Source: Candidatus Hermodarchaeota archaeon
GTDB lineage: Archaea; Asgardarchaeota; Hermodarchaeia; Hermodarchaeales; Hermodarchaeaceae
Assembly: GCA_016839365.1 (NCBI GenBank)
Contig: JAEOUH010000057.1
Span: 1-17,713, forward strand
Reading direction: 5' to 3'
DNA: 17,713 nucleotides
Numbering within the stretch: position 1 is the first letter of the stretch; each line of letters begins with the position of its first letter. A program made the position numbers and the translations under genes. Shown here one piece after another: positions 8,230 to 16,565 of this stretch. The notes under the pieces were generated by a model. The model worked only from the letters and a program-made list of their open reading frames with translations. It ran no database searches and was not told the origin of the DNA.

Positions 8230-8373
8230 AGAAATAATCACGACCAGAGACTAGTCGGAAACAGTTGGTGCTTTATGGGAAATACCTTTAATGTTACGCT
8301 TCGGCAAAACATCAAAAAATCCTTAACTCAAAGATTTACCCAAAGAGAAGGCTGAATCTTATTGGGTGATTGT

Positions 8374-9072
8374 ATGGTCAAAGTGATTGCGCACCGAGGG
8401 TGCGGAGAAGGTCCTCTTGAGAATACCCTCACAGCTTTTCAGACCGCGATTTCGTGGGGTGTGGATTGCATTGAGTGCGACATTCGGAGTTCCCGTGATG
8501 GGGTTGCAGTCATCATTCATGATTTGTCATTGGAGCGATTCTCTAATCAACATGGGATAGTGACCGAATATTCATTGAGTGAACTGAAAAAAATTAAGGT
8601 TGGCAGTAGAGATCGAATTCCTTCATTGGTTGAATTTTTGGGCTTGGTGAAACCGCATAAAAACCTGGATATTAATCTTGACGTCAAAGTGATGGGATTG
8701 GAAGCGCAGATAATGCAGCTCATTCAAGAGTATGGTTTAATTCATCGAACACTAATCTCGTCGTTTATTCAACCTGTTCTGACAGCATTTCGACGTCTCA
8801 ATGACGAGATTGCTACAGCTCTGTTATATGAATATGATTTACGGAACCCCACTGCTGTAGCAAAGGAGCTTGGATGTACTGCCATTAATCCGTCGTTACA
8901 TTTTGTTGATTCATCTCTTGTACTAACAACTCATCAACAGGGATTGAAGATTAATCCGTGGGTAATTAACGAGCAAGAGGAGATGCAGCGATTTATTGAT
9001 TTGGGGGTGGATGGCATTATTACGGATTTCCCAGATCGTCTGCTGAAGATGCTCAATCGGGGAGATGCATGA
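8374..9072 (+). CDS. Glycerophosphodiester phosphodiesterase (GDPD family)
   Basis: IAHRG, ENTL, ECD, IIHD, GVDGIITDFP; ATG 8374 behind a GGTGA RBS. Confidence 0.93.
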   Translation: MVKVIAHRGCGEGPLENTLTAFQTAISWGVDCIECDIRSSRDGVAVIIHDLSLERFSNQHGIVTEYSLSELKKIKVGSRDRIPSLVEFLGLVKPHKNLDINLDVKVMGLEAQIMQLIQEYGLIHRTLISSFIQPVLTAFRRLNDEIATALLYEYDLRNPTAVAKELGCTAINPSLHFVDSSLVLTTHQQGLKINPWVINEQEEMQRFIDLGVDGIITDFPDRLLKMLNRGDA

Positions 9073-9075
9073 GAA

Positions 9076-10134
9076 TTGCGAGAATTACTGCGAGAGTTGG
9101 TGTTAGCTGATGCGCCACCAGGGCGTGAAAACGAAGTTCGTGAAATTGTAATTCGTGAATTAGAACCACTTGTAGATGAACTGCACGTTGACACATTAGG
9201 AAATGTGATTGGTACAAGAACCGGACGGACAGAAAAGACAATCATGCTGATTGCCCATCAAGACGAGGATTGGGCACTGCTCTTAACCTATATTAGCAAC
9301 GAGGGATACTTACGGTTCAACCGGCTGATTGGCCACCGCTGGAATATTCTCGGACAACGAATAACCATTCACGGACAGCAAGGAAAAACCCCTGGTGTTG
9401 TGGGATTGAGTGCACCTCACATTATTCCGCTGAATGAGTATCAGCAAGGCTATGAGCCAGATTTTGATAAGATGTTCATTGATTGTGGTGCTCAGAGTGC
9501 AGAAGAAGCACGGGCAATGGGATTAGAAATCGGTCAGTATGTTACAGCTGAAAAGCATCTTCAAGAACTCACTAATGAAAGGCTTCTTGGGAATTGTTTT
9601 GATGATCGTGTTGGACTAGTGGCAATGATTGAAACCTTTCGTAGAATTCGAAGTGAGACGCTGCCGATGAGGGTGGTGGGTGTAGCGTCGGTACAAGAGG
9701 AGTTGGGAACTCGGGGAGCGGGACCTGCTGCGTTTGGAGTGGAACCTGACTTTGTGATAGCCTTGGATGTGTCACCAACTGGCGATCATCCCAACATCAA
9801 AGCAGGACTGGTTCCTGCGAGACTCGGCGATGGACCAGTGTTACTAAAAGCAGATCAGTTTCATGTAACCTCACCGTTAATGAATAGCTGGATTATTACT
9901 GTAGCAGAGCAACATGGACTATCATTGCAAGAAGTCGCCTTGCGTGCTCCTATTCATTTTGGGACGGATGCAGCTGCTGTTGAAGTGGTGAAATCGGGAA
10001 GCAAGGCAACATCGTTGCTTGTCCCAACCCGATATTTCCATACGACGAACGAATTGATTCAATATTCGGATCTAGAAGCTACCGTGCACTTGTTGGTTGA
10101 ATGTATAAGGTCCCTCGATCAACTAGGAGAGTAA
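9076..10134 (+). CDS. M42 family (TET-like) metallo-aminopeptidase
   Basis: PGRE, DTLGN, AHQDE, DDRVG, QEELGTRGA, ALDV, GTDA, RYFHT: all metal ligands present. TTG start 3 bp after the GDPD stop, so probably one operon. Confidence 0.9.
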   Translation: MRELLRELVLADAPPGRENEVREIVIRELEPLVDELHVDTLGNVIGTRTGRTEKTIMLIAHQDEDWALLLTYISNEGYLRFNRLIGHRWNILGQRITIHGQQGKTPGVVGLSAPHIIPLNEYQQGYEPDFDKMFIDCGAQSAEEARAMGLEIGQYVTAEKHLQELTNERLLGNCFDDRVGLVAMIETFRRIRSETLPMRVVGVASVQEELGTRGAGPAAFGVEPDFVIALDVSPTGDHPNIKAGLVPARLGDGPVLLKADQFHVTSPLMNSWIITVAEQHGLSLQEVALRAPIHFGTDAAAVEVVKSGSKATSLLVPTRYFHTTNELIQYSDLEATVHLLVECIRSLDQLGE

Positions 10135-10145
10135 GTGCCTGACAT

Positions 10146-10162
10146 GGAACCCGCAAGGTTCT
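10146..10162. terminator. Small hairpin between convergent M42 peptidase and tbp genes
   Basis: ggaacc-cgcaa-ggttct followed by tt in a 36-bp convergent gap. Confidence 0.35.
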
Positions 10163-10170
10163 TTAACCGT

Positions 10171-10722
10171 TTATTCGATGAGGCCTAGGTCGCGCATGTG
10201 GTCTGCGAGGAGATAGATGGCTTTACGGGTAATAGTCTCTTTGTTCGTACCCGCGCAGACGATACGTCCACTGCTGAAGATGAGGAAGACGGCTTTGGGG
10301 GTTTTCATGCGGTAGATAAGTCCGGGGAAGACTTCGGGTTCATACAGACAGCGTTCAAGGGCCATCTGGGCCATGTCGAGATCGACTCGACTATGTAGAT
10401 CGCCTGACGCGACGATGTTTTGAATCGTGATTTTGGGTGTTCCCGATACGGTGATGCCAGCTTTTCGAATTTTCAGAATTACGTTTTCAACAGCCTTCTC
10501 TGCTTCACTTTCTCGACGTAATCCGGTGATGACCATTCGTCCACTATTGAAGACGAGGATGGTGGCTTTGGGGTTTTTGACGCGAAGCATTAGTCCTGGG
10601 AATTGTTCAGGATTATATTCTGCATCCCGTTGTTTTCGAGCAAGAAGATTAAGATCAATTTTTGCGTCGACTTCGACGCTAGCAACGACGTTTTCAATTT
10701 TATATTTGGGTCTCTTTGCCAA
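10171..10722 (-). CDS. tbp: TATA-box-binding protein
   Basis: Two TBP repeats: IENVVAS...YNPEQFPGL...VFNSGRMVITG and IQNIVAS...YEPEVFPGL...IFSSGRIVCAG; TTG start with GGAGGT RBS; no acidic C-terminal tail. Confidence 0.98.
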   Translation of the reverse strand: MAKRPKYKIENVVASVEVDAKIDLNLLARKQRDAEYNPEQFPGLMLRVKNPKATILVFNSGRMVITGLRRESEAEKAVENVILKIRKAGITVSGTPKITIQNIVASGDLHSRVDLDMAQMALERCLYEPEVFPGLIYRMKTPKAVFLIFSSGRIVCAGTNKETITRKAIYLLADHMRDLGLIE

Positions 10723-10761
10723 AACGAATACCTCCCAGCCGGTGGAGTGCGCTTATTAGCC

Positions 10762-10811
10762 TTTTTAAAGACCTTTTATAGAGTGGCTGATGCCCTTATA
10801 AACTTTTTATA
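10762..10811 (-). promoter_or_regulatory. Tandem BRE/TATA elements upstream of tbp
   Basis: Minus strand: tataaaaag-TTTATAAG (TATA 10802-10795) and tataaaaggtc-TTTAAAAA (TATA 10769-10762). Confidence 0.55.
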
Positions 10812-10851
10812 CAACTGAGAGACTGGCGTAGAAGAGGAAAAGATGAGGATT

Positions 10852-10872
10852 TCCGGCTCACACAGAGCCGGA
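10852..10872 (-). terminator. 8-bp stem-loop downstream of cdc48
   Basis: tccggctc-acaca-gagccgga, 11 bp past the cdc48 stop, followed on the minus strand by a pyrimidine-rich run (tcctcatcttttcctcttc). Confidence 0.5.
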
Positions 10873-10883
10873 TTTTTGAAATG

Positions 10884-13136
10884 CTAGGTGTACGGACCGG
10901 GTGTTGTGTCAATTGCATCACGTTGAGTGGACATAGCGTCTATGTAATCTTTGTAGGCTTTCATCATTTCGGGAGTAACGCTGGGTTTAATTTTCGCCTT
11001 TGCATCATCGAAGTGTTTAGCACTGACGGTGGATAATTGTTCTTCGCGGCGGATGGCATACATTCCTGCTTCGCGGACGAGATTGGCAAGGTCGGCACCC
11101 GAATAGCCATCTGTGGTCTTGGCGATTTTCTCGAGGTCAACATCATTAGCGAGTGGCATATTCCGGGTGTGCACCTTTAGAATTTCTAGCCTGGCTTCTT
11201 GATCGGGTGGTGGTACCAAGATGATTCGGTCGAAGCGTCCAGGTCGCAAGAGGGCGCGGTCAATGATTTCTGGGCGATTAGTAGCCGCGATTACGACGAC
11301 GCCTTTGAGCTCCTCCATGCCATCCATTTCAGCCAGTAATTGGTTGAGGACGGATTCATAAACGTGACTGCCTTGCCATTGTCCACGGGCAGGAGCGATA
11401 CTGTCGAGTTCGTCGAAGAAGATGATACTGGGGGCAACTTGTCGAGCCTTCCGGAAAATCTTGCGAATGCCTTTCTCAGATTCGCCAACCCACTTGCTAA
11501 AGATTTCTGGTCCACGAATAGCAATGAAGTTGGCTTCACTTTCAGTAGCAACTGCTTTTGCTAGCAAAGTCTTTCCCCCTCCTGGTGGTCCCACAAGTAG
11601 GATGCCTTTGGGTGGTTGGACACCGACTTTTTCAAACTTTGCGGGAAACTTCAGAGGCCACTCAACGGCCTCACGGAGTTCATTCTCGACATCTTTTAAC
11701 CCCCCAACATCATCCCAAGATACCTTCGGGATTTCTAGATACACTTCACGTAAGGCTGAGGGTTCAGCCCGGCGAAGCGACTCATTAAAGTCATCTCCTG
11801 TGACTTCAAGGCCCTCAATGATATCGGCGGGAAGAGGTTGGTCTTCATCCAGATTAATCTTCGGGAGAATCCTTCGAAGCGTATTCATGGCAGCTTCACG
11901 TGCAATTGCTGAGAGATCTGCCCCTACAAAGCCGTGAGTCGAATCAGCAAGCGCATCTAGGTCCACATCACTCGTTAATGGCATACCCCTGGTGTGAATT
12001 AGGAGAATCTCCTTGCGTCCATTACGTGTTGGTACAGGAATCTCAATCTCTCGATCAAAGCGCCCAGGACGTCGCAGGGCTGGATCCAAGGCGTCTTGTC
12101 GGTTTGTCGCGGCAATGACAATCACTCGTCCTCGGGCTTGAAGCCCGTCCATGAGAGCAAGTAATTGAGCGACGACGCGGCGTTCGACTTCACCTTGGAC
12201 TTCTTCACGTTTGGGGGCAATACTGTCGATTTCATCAATGAAAATGATGCTTGGAGAGCGTTCAGAGGCTTTTTCGAATAATTCTCGGAGACGTTTTTCC
12301 GATTCACCATAGAACTTGCTCATGATTTCAGGACCATTGATGGAAATGAATGTGGCGTCGGATTCGTTAGCCACAGCGCGTGCAAGCAGGGTTTTACCTG
12401 TACCTGGAGGACCATAAAGTAGAACCCCTTTCGGTGGATCAATGCCGAGACGATCAAAGAGGACAGGGTGTTTGAGGGGAAGTTCAATCATCTCCCGAAC
12501 CCGGTCAATAGCTTCATCGAGTCCACCGATGTCTTCGTAGGTAACTAAGGGAGCTTTGACGGTGACATCAACGGCTTCAGGTTGAATTTGAATAATGGTG
12601 TCCTCAGTGATTTTGACCACGCCTTTGGGAGTGGTATTTGTAACAACGAACTTGATTTCGCCAAGGGCAAAGGGCGTGCCTGCACCTCGCATCATGGCTT
12701 CGAAGACAGAGAAATCACCACTGCGGTAAGTGCCAGATCCGGCTGTGCTAATAATATCGCCGGGCGCGACGGGGCGCTGATTGAGACTGGGTTTTACAGC
12801 TTCACCTTCAGCGACAATGCGAACGCCACGTTGAGCGGGAGCCAGTTCCACTCGTTTTGCTGGCGGTGGATCAATACGTTTGACTTCAACGAATTCCCCG
12901 ATTCCTGTACCGGCGTTACTTCGGACAAGGCCATCCATGAAGATTTTACTGGAACCGGCATGGATGGATTGGCCTCGCAAGACCCGGGCACCGGTGATCT
13001 TTTTGCCGGTGATTTCGATGATATCTCCGGATGTGACGCCAAGGCGTTCCATGACCCTGGGGTCGACGCGAACGATTCCTCGTCCAGCTTCATCACTGGG
13101 TAAGGAGACAACACGCAGCTGAATTTTGTTTGACAT
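10884..13136 (-). CDS. cdc48: CDC48/VCP/VAT-type AAA+ ATPase
   Basis: N-domain GRGIVRVD; D1 [25 protein letters not shown]; D2 [24 protein letters not shown]; pore loops KFYG and KWVG; C-terminal PYT. Confidence 0.98.
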   Translation of the reverse strand: MSNKIQLRVVSLPSDEAGRGIVRVDPRVMERLGVTSGDIIEITGKKITGARVLRGQSIHAGSSKIFMDGLVRSNAGTGIGEFVEVKRIDPPPAKRVELAPAQRGVRIVAEGEAVKPSLNQRPVAPGDIISTAGSGTYRSGDFSVFEAMMRGAGTPFALGEIKFVVTNTTPKGVVKITEDTIIQIQPEAVDVTVKAPLVTYEDIGGLDEAIDRVREMIELPLKHPVLFDRLGIDPPKGVLLYGPPGTGKTLLARAVANESDATFISINGPEIMSKFYGESEKRLRELFEKASERSPSIIFIDEIDSIAPKREEVQGEVERRVVAQLLALMDGLQARGRVIVIAATNRQDALDPALRRPGRFDREIEIPVPTRNGRKEILLIHTRGMPLTSDVDLDALADSTHGFVGADLSAIAREAAMNTLRRILPKINLDEDQPLPADIIEGLEVTGDDFNESLRRAEPSALREVYLEIPKVSWDDVGGLKDVENELREAVEWPLKFPAKFEKVGVQPPKGILLVGPPGGGKTLLAKAVATESEANFIAIRGPEIFSKWVGESEKGIRKIFRKARQVAPSIIFFDELDSIAPARGQWQGSHVYESVLNQLLAEMDGMEELKGVVVIAATNRPEIIDRALLRPGRFDRIILVPPPDQEARLEILKVHTRNMPLANDVDLEKIAKTTDGYSGADLANLVREAGMYAIRREEQLSTVSAKHFDDAKAKIKPSVTPEMMKAYKDYIDAMSTQRDAIDTTPGPYT

Positions 13137-13559
13137 TTATTCGGTTTCCTCCATTAATTCGGATAAACGCTTACGGACCGATTGGAACTCAGAGGCCATT
13201 AACTGGAAGAGCGCTTCGTATGTATCAAAGTAATGGTCAATCATAGCTTGGAGCAGGCGATCGCCATCCTTTGTTAACCTATAATATCGGCGCATGGGTC
13301 CTCGCCCTTCACTGCGGACTTTGACATCCCCTACGACCCAGCCTTTCTCTGCGAGACGGTTGAGGAGGGGATAGATGGTTCCAGGTTCCATTTGAATACG
13401 CCCTGCCGACATGTCTTCGATAAGAGCGCTAATACGTGCTCCATAAAGGCTTTCCTGCCGTAATAGGTTGAGTACCCAGAACTCAAGAATGCCACGGTTA
13501 ATTTCACGGGTCCATTCACGTATTTTGTTGTAGGTTCTGTCGGTGGGCATTTCGGTCAT
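13137..13559 (-). CDS. PadR-family winged-helix transcriptional regulator, directly upstream of cdc48
   Basis: RGILEFWVLNLL, LYG, PGTIYPLLNRL, GWV, RRYYRLTKDG. Start reassigned to ATG 13559 (GGAG RBS at 13572-13569); its stop abuts the cdc48 ATG. Confidence 0.9.
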   Translation of the reverse strand: MTEMPTDRTYNKIREWTREINRGILEFWVLNLLRQESLYGARISALIEDMSAGRIQMEPGTIYPLLNRLAEKGWVVGDVKVRSEGRGPMRRYYRLTKDGDRLLQAMIDHYFDTYEALFQLMASEFQSVRKRLSELMEETE

Positions 13560-13574
13560 TTTGATTTGCTCCAA

Positions 13575-13598
13575 ATATATAGCTACGCTATATATAGC
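13575..13598. promoter_or_regulatory. Nested palindromic operator (likely PadR site) at the start of the padR-cdc48 transcript
   Basis: ATATATAGC-tac-GCTATATAT (13575-13595) overlaps the perfect 12-mer GCTATATATAGC (13587-13598); it lies ~25 bp downstream of a minus-strand TATA. Confidence 0.65.
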
Positions 13599-13621
13599 TT
13601 CACAATGCAGTAATGCTATTC

Positions 13622-13629
13622 TATTTAAA
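13622..13629 (-). promoter_or_regulatory. TATA box of padR-cdc48 operon
   Basis: Minus-strand TTTAAATA about 63 bp upstream of ATG 13559. Confidence 0.55.
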
Positions 13630-13710
13630 CCCATCGAATTGGCGAAAGCCAAAACCGCCTGTGAGGTTATGTCTGCGAGAAAAATCGGATTTGCACATTC
13701 CTTCCGAGTC

Positions 13711-13726
13711 AGAAAGACTTTAAAAG
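13711..13726 (+). promoter_or_regulatory. BRE/TATA for the divergent surface-protein gene
   Basis: agaaagac-TTTAAAAG about 57 bp upstream of GTG 13783. Confidence 0.5.
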
Positions 13727-13782
13727 CTGCATTAAACATTGGCTCTGCACTCTAAGACCAGTAATAGCAAGGTGGCCGACTA

Positions 13783-14628
13783 GTGAAACTGTCACTTCGC
13801 ATCTGTACGCTCATGATTGCAGTGTTGTTCATGACCTCAGCTATAGGTCTGCAAGGTTTCGTCCCTGCAGCTGCACCGAATATTCAAATCAGCGATGTTA
13901 ATGTACCAACTGAACTTTACCAAGCAGAGAGAGGCCAAGTAAATGCAACAGTCCAAAACCTACTAAATACCTCATTTGACGGGTTTGCTCGTTTTGTGGA
14001 TATATCAGGTGAAATTCGAAGCCAGAGTCCAGTTGACCCACTCAGTGAGTTTGTAAACTTTACCATTGGTCCGGAAGAGACGTTGACAGTTGTCGTTGAC
14101 TACACAGTGAACGAAACAGCAACCCTAGGCACTCACACGGTCACTTTTGAGATTAATGTCGGCGAGTTTTCATTTCTATTTGCCCAGTATCAGATCACTG
14201 TGCTCCCTGTTGCCAGTATCCACTCCGTTGTGCCTGGAAACGTCTTTTCTCAAGATCAAGCTGGGCTGTTGTTAGTAGCAATAGAAAACCATGTAGATCG
14301 AACTAGGTCGGTAAGACTTGATGTCTTTGGACCTAAATTCGTCAATGCTTCAGAAGAAGTAGACCTTGCGCCCGGATTAAATACAGTGGCCATCCCATTA
14401 ATGCCCAACGTCTCTCATGTCTATGATTTTGGCATGTTCACTGCAAACGTTTCATTGTTCTATTTTGACGAAATGATCGGCACTGAAATTGTTACTGTTC
14501 CTGTTGATATGGCGATCCTTAACAAACTCCTAGCGGTTGTCCTACCTGCAGTAATCTTTCTCGTCCTGGTGCTCTTCTATGCACTACGGAAACGCCAGCG
14601 GATACGTGCAGCAATTACGAGCGAATAA
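13783..14628 (+). CDS. Secreted, membrane-anchored glycoprotein with two probable Ig-like (CARDB/NEW3-type) beta-sandwiches
   Basis: Signal peptide; alternating beta-strand patterns (TVQN...TIGPEETLTVVV...GTHTVTF; IEN...DLAPGLNTVAI...GMFTANV); 7 N-x-S/T sequons; C-terminal TM and RKRQR tail. Confidence 0.75.
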   Translation: MKLSLRICTLMIAVLFMTSAIGLQGFVPAAAPNIQISDVNVPTELYQAERGQVNATVQNLLNTSFDGFARFVDISGEIRSQSPVDPLSEFVNFTIGPEETLTVVVDYTVNETATLGTHTVTFEINVGEFSFLFAQYQITVLPVASIHSVVPGNVFSQDQAGLLLVAIENHVDRTRSVRLDVFGPKFVNASEEVDLAPGLNTVAIPLMPNVSHVYDFGMFTANVSLFYFDEMIGTEIVTVPVDMAILNKLLAVVLPAVIFLVLVLFYALRKRQRIRAAITSE

Positions 14629-14656
14629 CATTAAGAGGAATGGTCCCACTTCATAG

Positions 14657-15289
14657 GTGTCAGAACCAAGCAAGTGGTCAACCATGTCATCAACTCAATG
14701 GAGTGAGTTGCAAAAAGAAATCCTTGGGTGTACGAAGTGCAGGCTTGCTGAATCTCGAACTCAAGCAGTCCCTGGCGTCGGACCCCAAAATACTCAATTA
14801 GTAATAATCGGTGAAGCGCCTGGACGACAAGAGGATTTGCAGGGCGAACCATTTGTTGGTGCCGCTGGTCAATTACTCACCAAGATGCTCGAAAACGCTG
14901 GCATCAAGCGGGAAACCGTCTTTATAACAAATACCGTGAAGTGCCGCCCACCCGAAAATCGACAGCCTTTCGCCGATGAACGGGAGGCATGTTACCCGTA
15001 CTTACTGCGACAGCTGGATCTGATCCAACCCAAAGTCATCGCATTAGTAGGTCGAGTACCAGCAGAGACAATATTGGAGACAACCATCCGAATGGGTACG
15101 ATGCATGGAAAAACCATGGAACGGCTTGGACGAACCTATTTTGTGATGTTTCACCCCGCAGCGGGTCTATATAATCAAAATTTAGTTCCTGACATGGAAG
15201 CTGATATGCACGTTTTGAAACGCCTCTTAGATGAAGGAACTGCATTTGGACCTGAGAAGAGTCAACAGGATTTGAGCAGATTCTTCTAG
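14657..15289 (+). CDS. udg: Family-4 uracil-DNA glycosylase ([4Fe-4S]) with C-terminal PIP box
   Basis: CTKC, GEAPG, PFVGAAG, KCRPPENR, HPAA; ends in QQDLSRFF. Start may be GTG 14657 or ATG 14684. Confidence 0.95.
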   Translation: MSEPSKWSTMSSTQWSELQKEILGCTKCRLAESRTQAVPGVGPQNTQLVIIGEAPGRQEDLQGEPFVGAAGQLLTKMLENAGIKRETVFITNTVKCRPPENRQPFADEREACYPYLLRQLDLIQPKVIALVGRVPAETILETTIRMGTMHGKTMERLGRTYFVMFHPAAGLYNQNLVPDMEADMHVLKRLLDEGTAFGPEKSQQDLSRFF

Positions 15290-15307
15290 AGCGAACAGTG
15301 AACCCAG

Positions 15308-15769
15308 CTATTCTTCGTCCATCATGGATTCAAGGGCTGCCCGGCGCCGTTCTAAGAAGGATTGCAATTCGCCTTGCATTTGAGCACGGATGCCCAGACC
15401 GCCTGAAGCAGCAGCGCCCATAGGGGATGTTGGGGTCTGAGGTGGTGGAGCCGCCAATCCAGGCGAAGCTCCTGTGAGTGAAGGAGACTGTGGCATGCCA
15501 GGGCTAGACGAGGCTGTGACTGGTGGTGGTTGGGGAGCAGCAGTTGACGAGGGAGTCGGAGCCCCCTTTGCCCCACCCATACGGAGAACGGTATCGACTT
15601 GCGTTTCGAGTTTTGCTAGTCGCGTGCGAAAATCATCCATCTGTTTTTCAAGCGAGCCAACACCATTAAGAAAAATCGTTGCCACCCTTTCGAGTACATT
15701 AGCCAGTTCCTCGATCTTTTTGGTGGTATCTTTTTCAGCTGCTAAAAAGTCAAAGCCTCCGAGTGCCAT
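15308..15769 (-). CDS. Hypothetical protein: N-terminal coiled coil, Pro/Ser-rich linker, C-terminal amphipathic basic helix and acidic tail (WASH/WAVE/VASP-like architecture)
   Basis: Clean ATG..TAG ORF with its own TATA; heptad hydrophobics at aa 19-61; PPP runs; ends GELQSFLERRRAALESMMDEE. CDS reality is well supported; function is inferred. Confidence 0.8.
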   Translation of the reverse strand: MALGGFDFLAAEKDTTKKIEELANVLERVATIFLNGVGSLEKQMDDFRTRLAKLETQVDTVLRMGGAKGAPTPSSTAAPQPPPVTASSSPGMPQSPSLTGASPGLAAPPPQTPTSPMGAAASGGLGIRAQMQGELQSFLERRRAALESMMDEE

Positions 15770-15780
15770 GCTGTATCAGT

Positions 15781-15806
15781 TTCAAGTTAACTTGAATAGT
15801 TTAAAA
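15781..15806 (-). promoter_or_regulatory. TATA box plus perfect 16-bp palindrome upstream of the 153-aa gene
   Basis: TTCAAGTTAACTTGAA (15781-15796) lies between minus-strand TTTTAAAC (15806-15799) and ATG 15769. Confidence 0.6.
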
Positions 15807-15899
15807 CCTTGTGGGGTAACGAGTCTGCTCCTAGTAGTTTTAGGGGAAAACTAAACAAATAGATGAACTAACCGCGAAAAGCAGGAGGAAGACGCATCA

Positions 15900-16565
15900 A
15901 TGCTGGCTCGTTCCCAGTATCCACGTTTCGTTAGTTGGATATTGGAACTATTACACCGCCGAACACGACAGACTCGCGTCATCACCATGGATGGTTTGCA
16001 CATTCAAATTTGTCCTCAGGTATTCAATCCGGTCATGGGACGAACCACCCATTTCTTTATTCAGCACATGCAGCTACGGTCGGAAAGCCGCATTTTAGAC
16101 CTCGGGACTGGATCTGGTGCGATAGCAGCCGCTGCAGCTCAAATCTGCCAGTCAGTAACGGCCACAGACATCAGCCCGTATGCGGTGAAATGTGCAAAAG
16201 CAACATTTCGGTTGAATGGCGTAGCAGATCATGTTCGTGTTCTTCAGGGCGACCTGTTTGCCCCCGTAGAGGGTGAGGCCTTCGATATTATCCTGTTCAA
16301 CCCCCCGTATTTGCCAGGTGATGCAACAAGCTGGATGGCCAAAGCATGGTCTGCAGGTTCCAAGTTTGAACTCCTTAGTCGGTTTCTAGAGGACGCTCGA
16401 CAAGTGCTAGCTAAAGACGGTCAGATTCAGGTTTTACTTAGTTCTACCACCTCTATGACACAGATTATATCATGCATGAAACAGAACGGATACAGGATTC
16501 GAATTCTTGGAAAAGGACGGATCCTTGGACCTCTGGAACAGATTTTTTTATTCCAACTTTTTTGA
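15900..16565 (+). CDS. HemK2/PrmC-like class I SAM-dependent methyltransferase
   Basis: LDLGTGSG, TDIS, GDLF, FNPPY; GGAGG RBS. Confidence 0.88.
   Translation: MLARSQYPRFVSWILELLHRRTRQTRVITMDGLHIQICPQVFNPVMGRTTHFFIQHMQLRSESRILDLGTGSGAIAAAAAQICQSVTATDISPYAVKCAKATFRLNGVADHVRVLQGDLFAPVEGEAFDIILFNPPYLPGDATSWMAKAWSAGSKFELLSRFLEDARQVLAKDGQIQVLLSSTTSMTQIISCMKQNGYRIRILGKGRILGPLEQIFLFQLF

Noticed and set aside
11422-13122. Long antisense ORFs within cdc48 (171 aa, 173 aa) and similar ORFs opposite mrp, tbp, nuoH-like and the 153-aa gene
   Set aside because: Shadow ORFs opposite conserved genes with no motifs of their own.
13560-13739. 60-aa N-terminal extension of PadR in the ORF track
   Set aside because: Covers the RBS, operator and both divergent promoters; ATG 13559 fits PadR length better.
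15311-15370. C-terminal helix of the 153-aa protein as an ESCRT-III MIM1 motif
   Set aside because: Does not fit (D/E)xxLxxRLxxL(K/R) spacing, and the N-terminus is too short for a Snf7 core.
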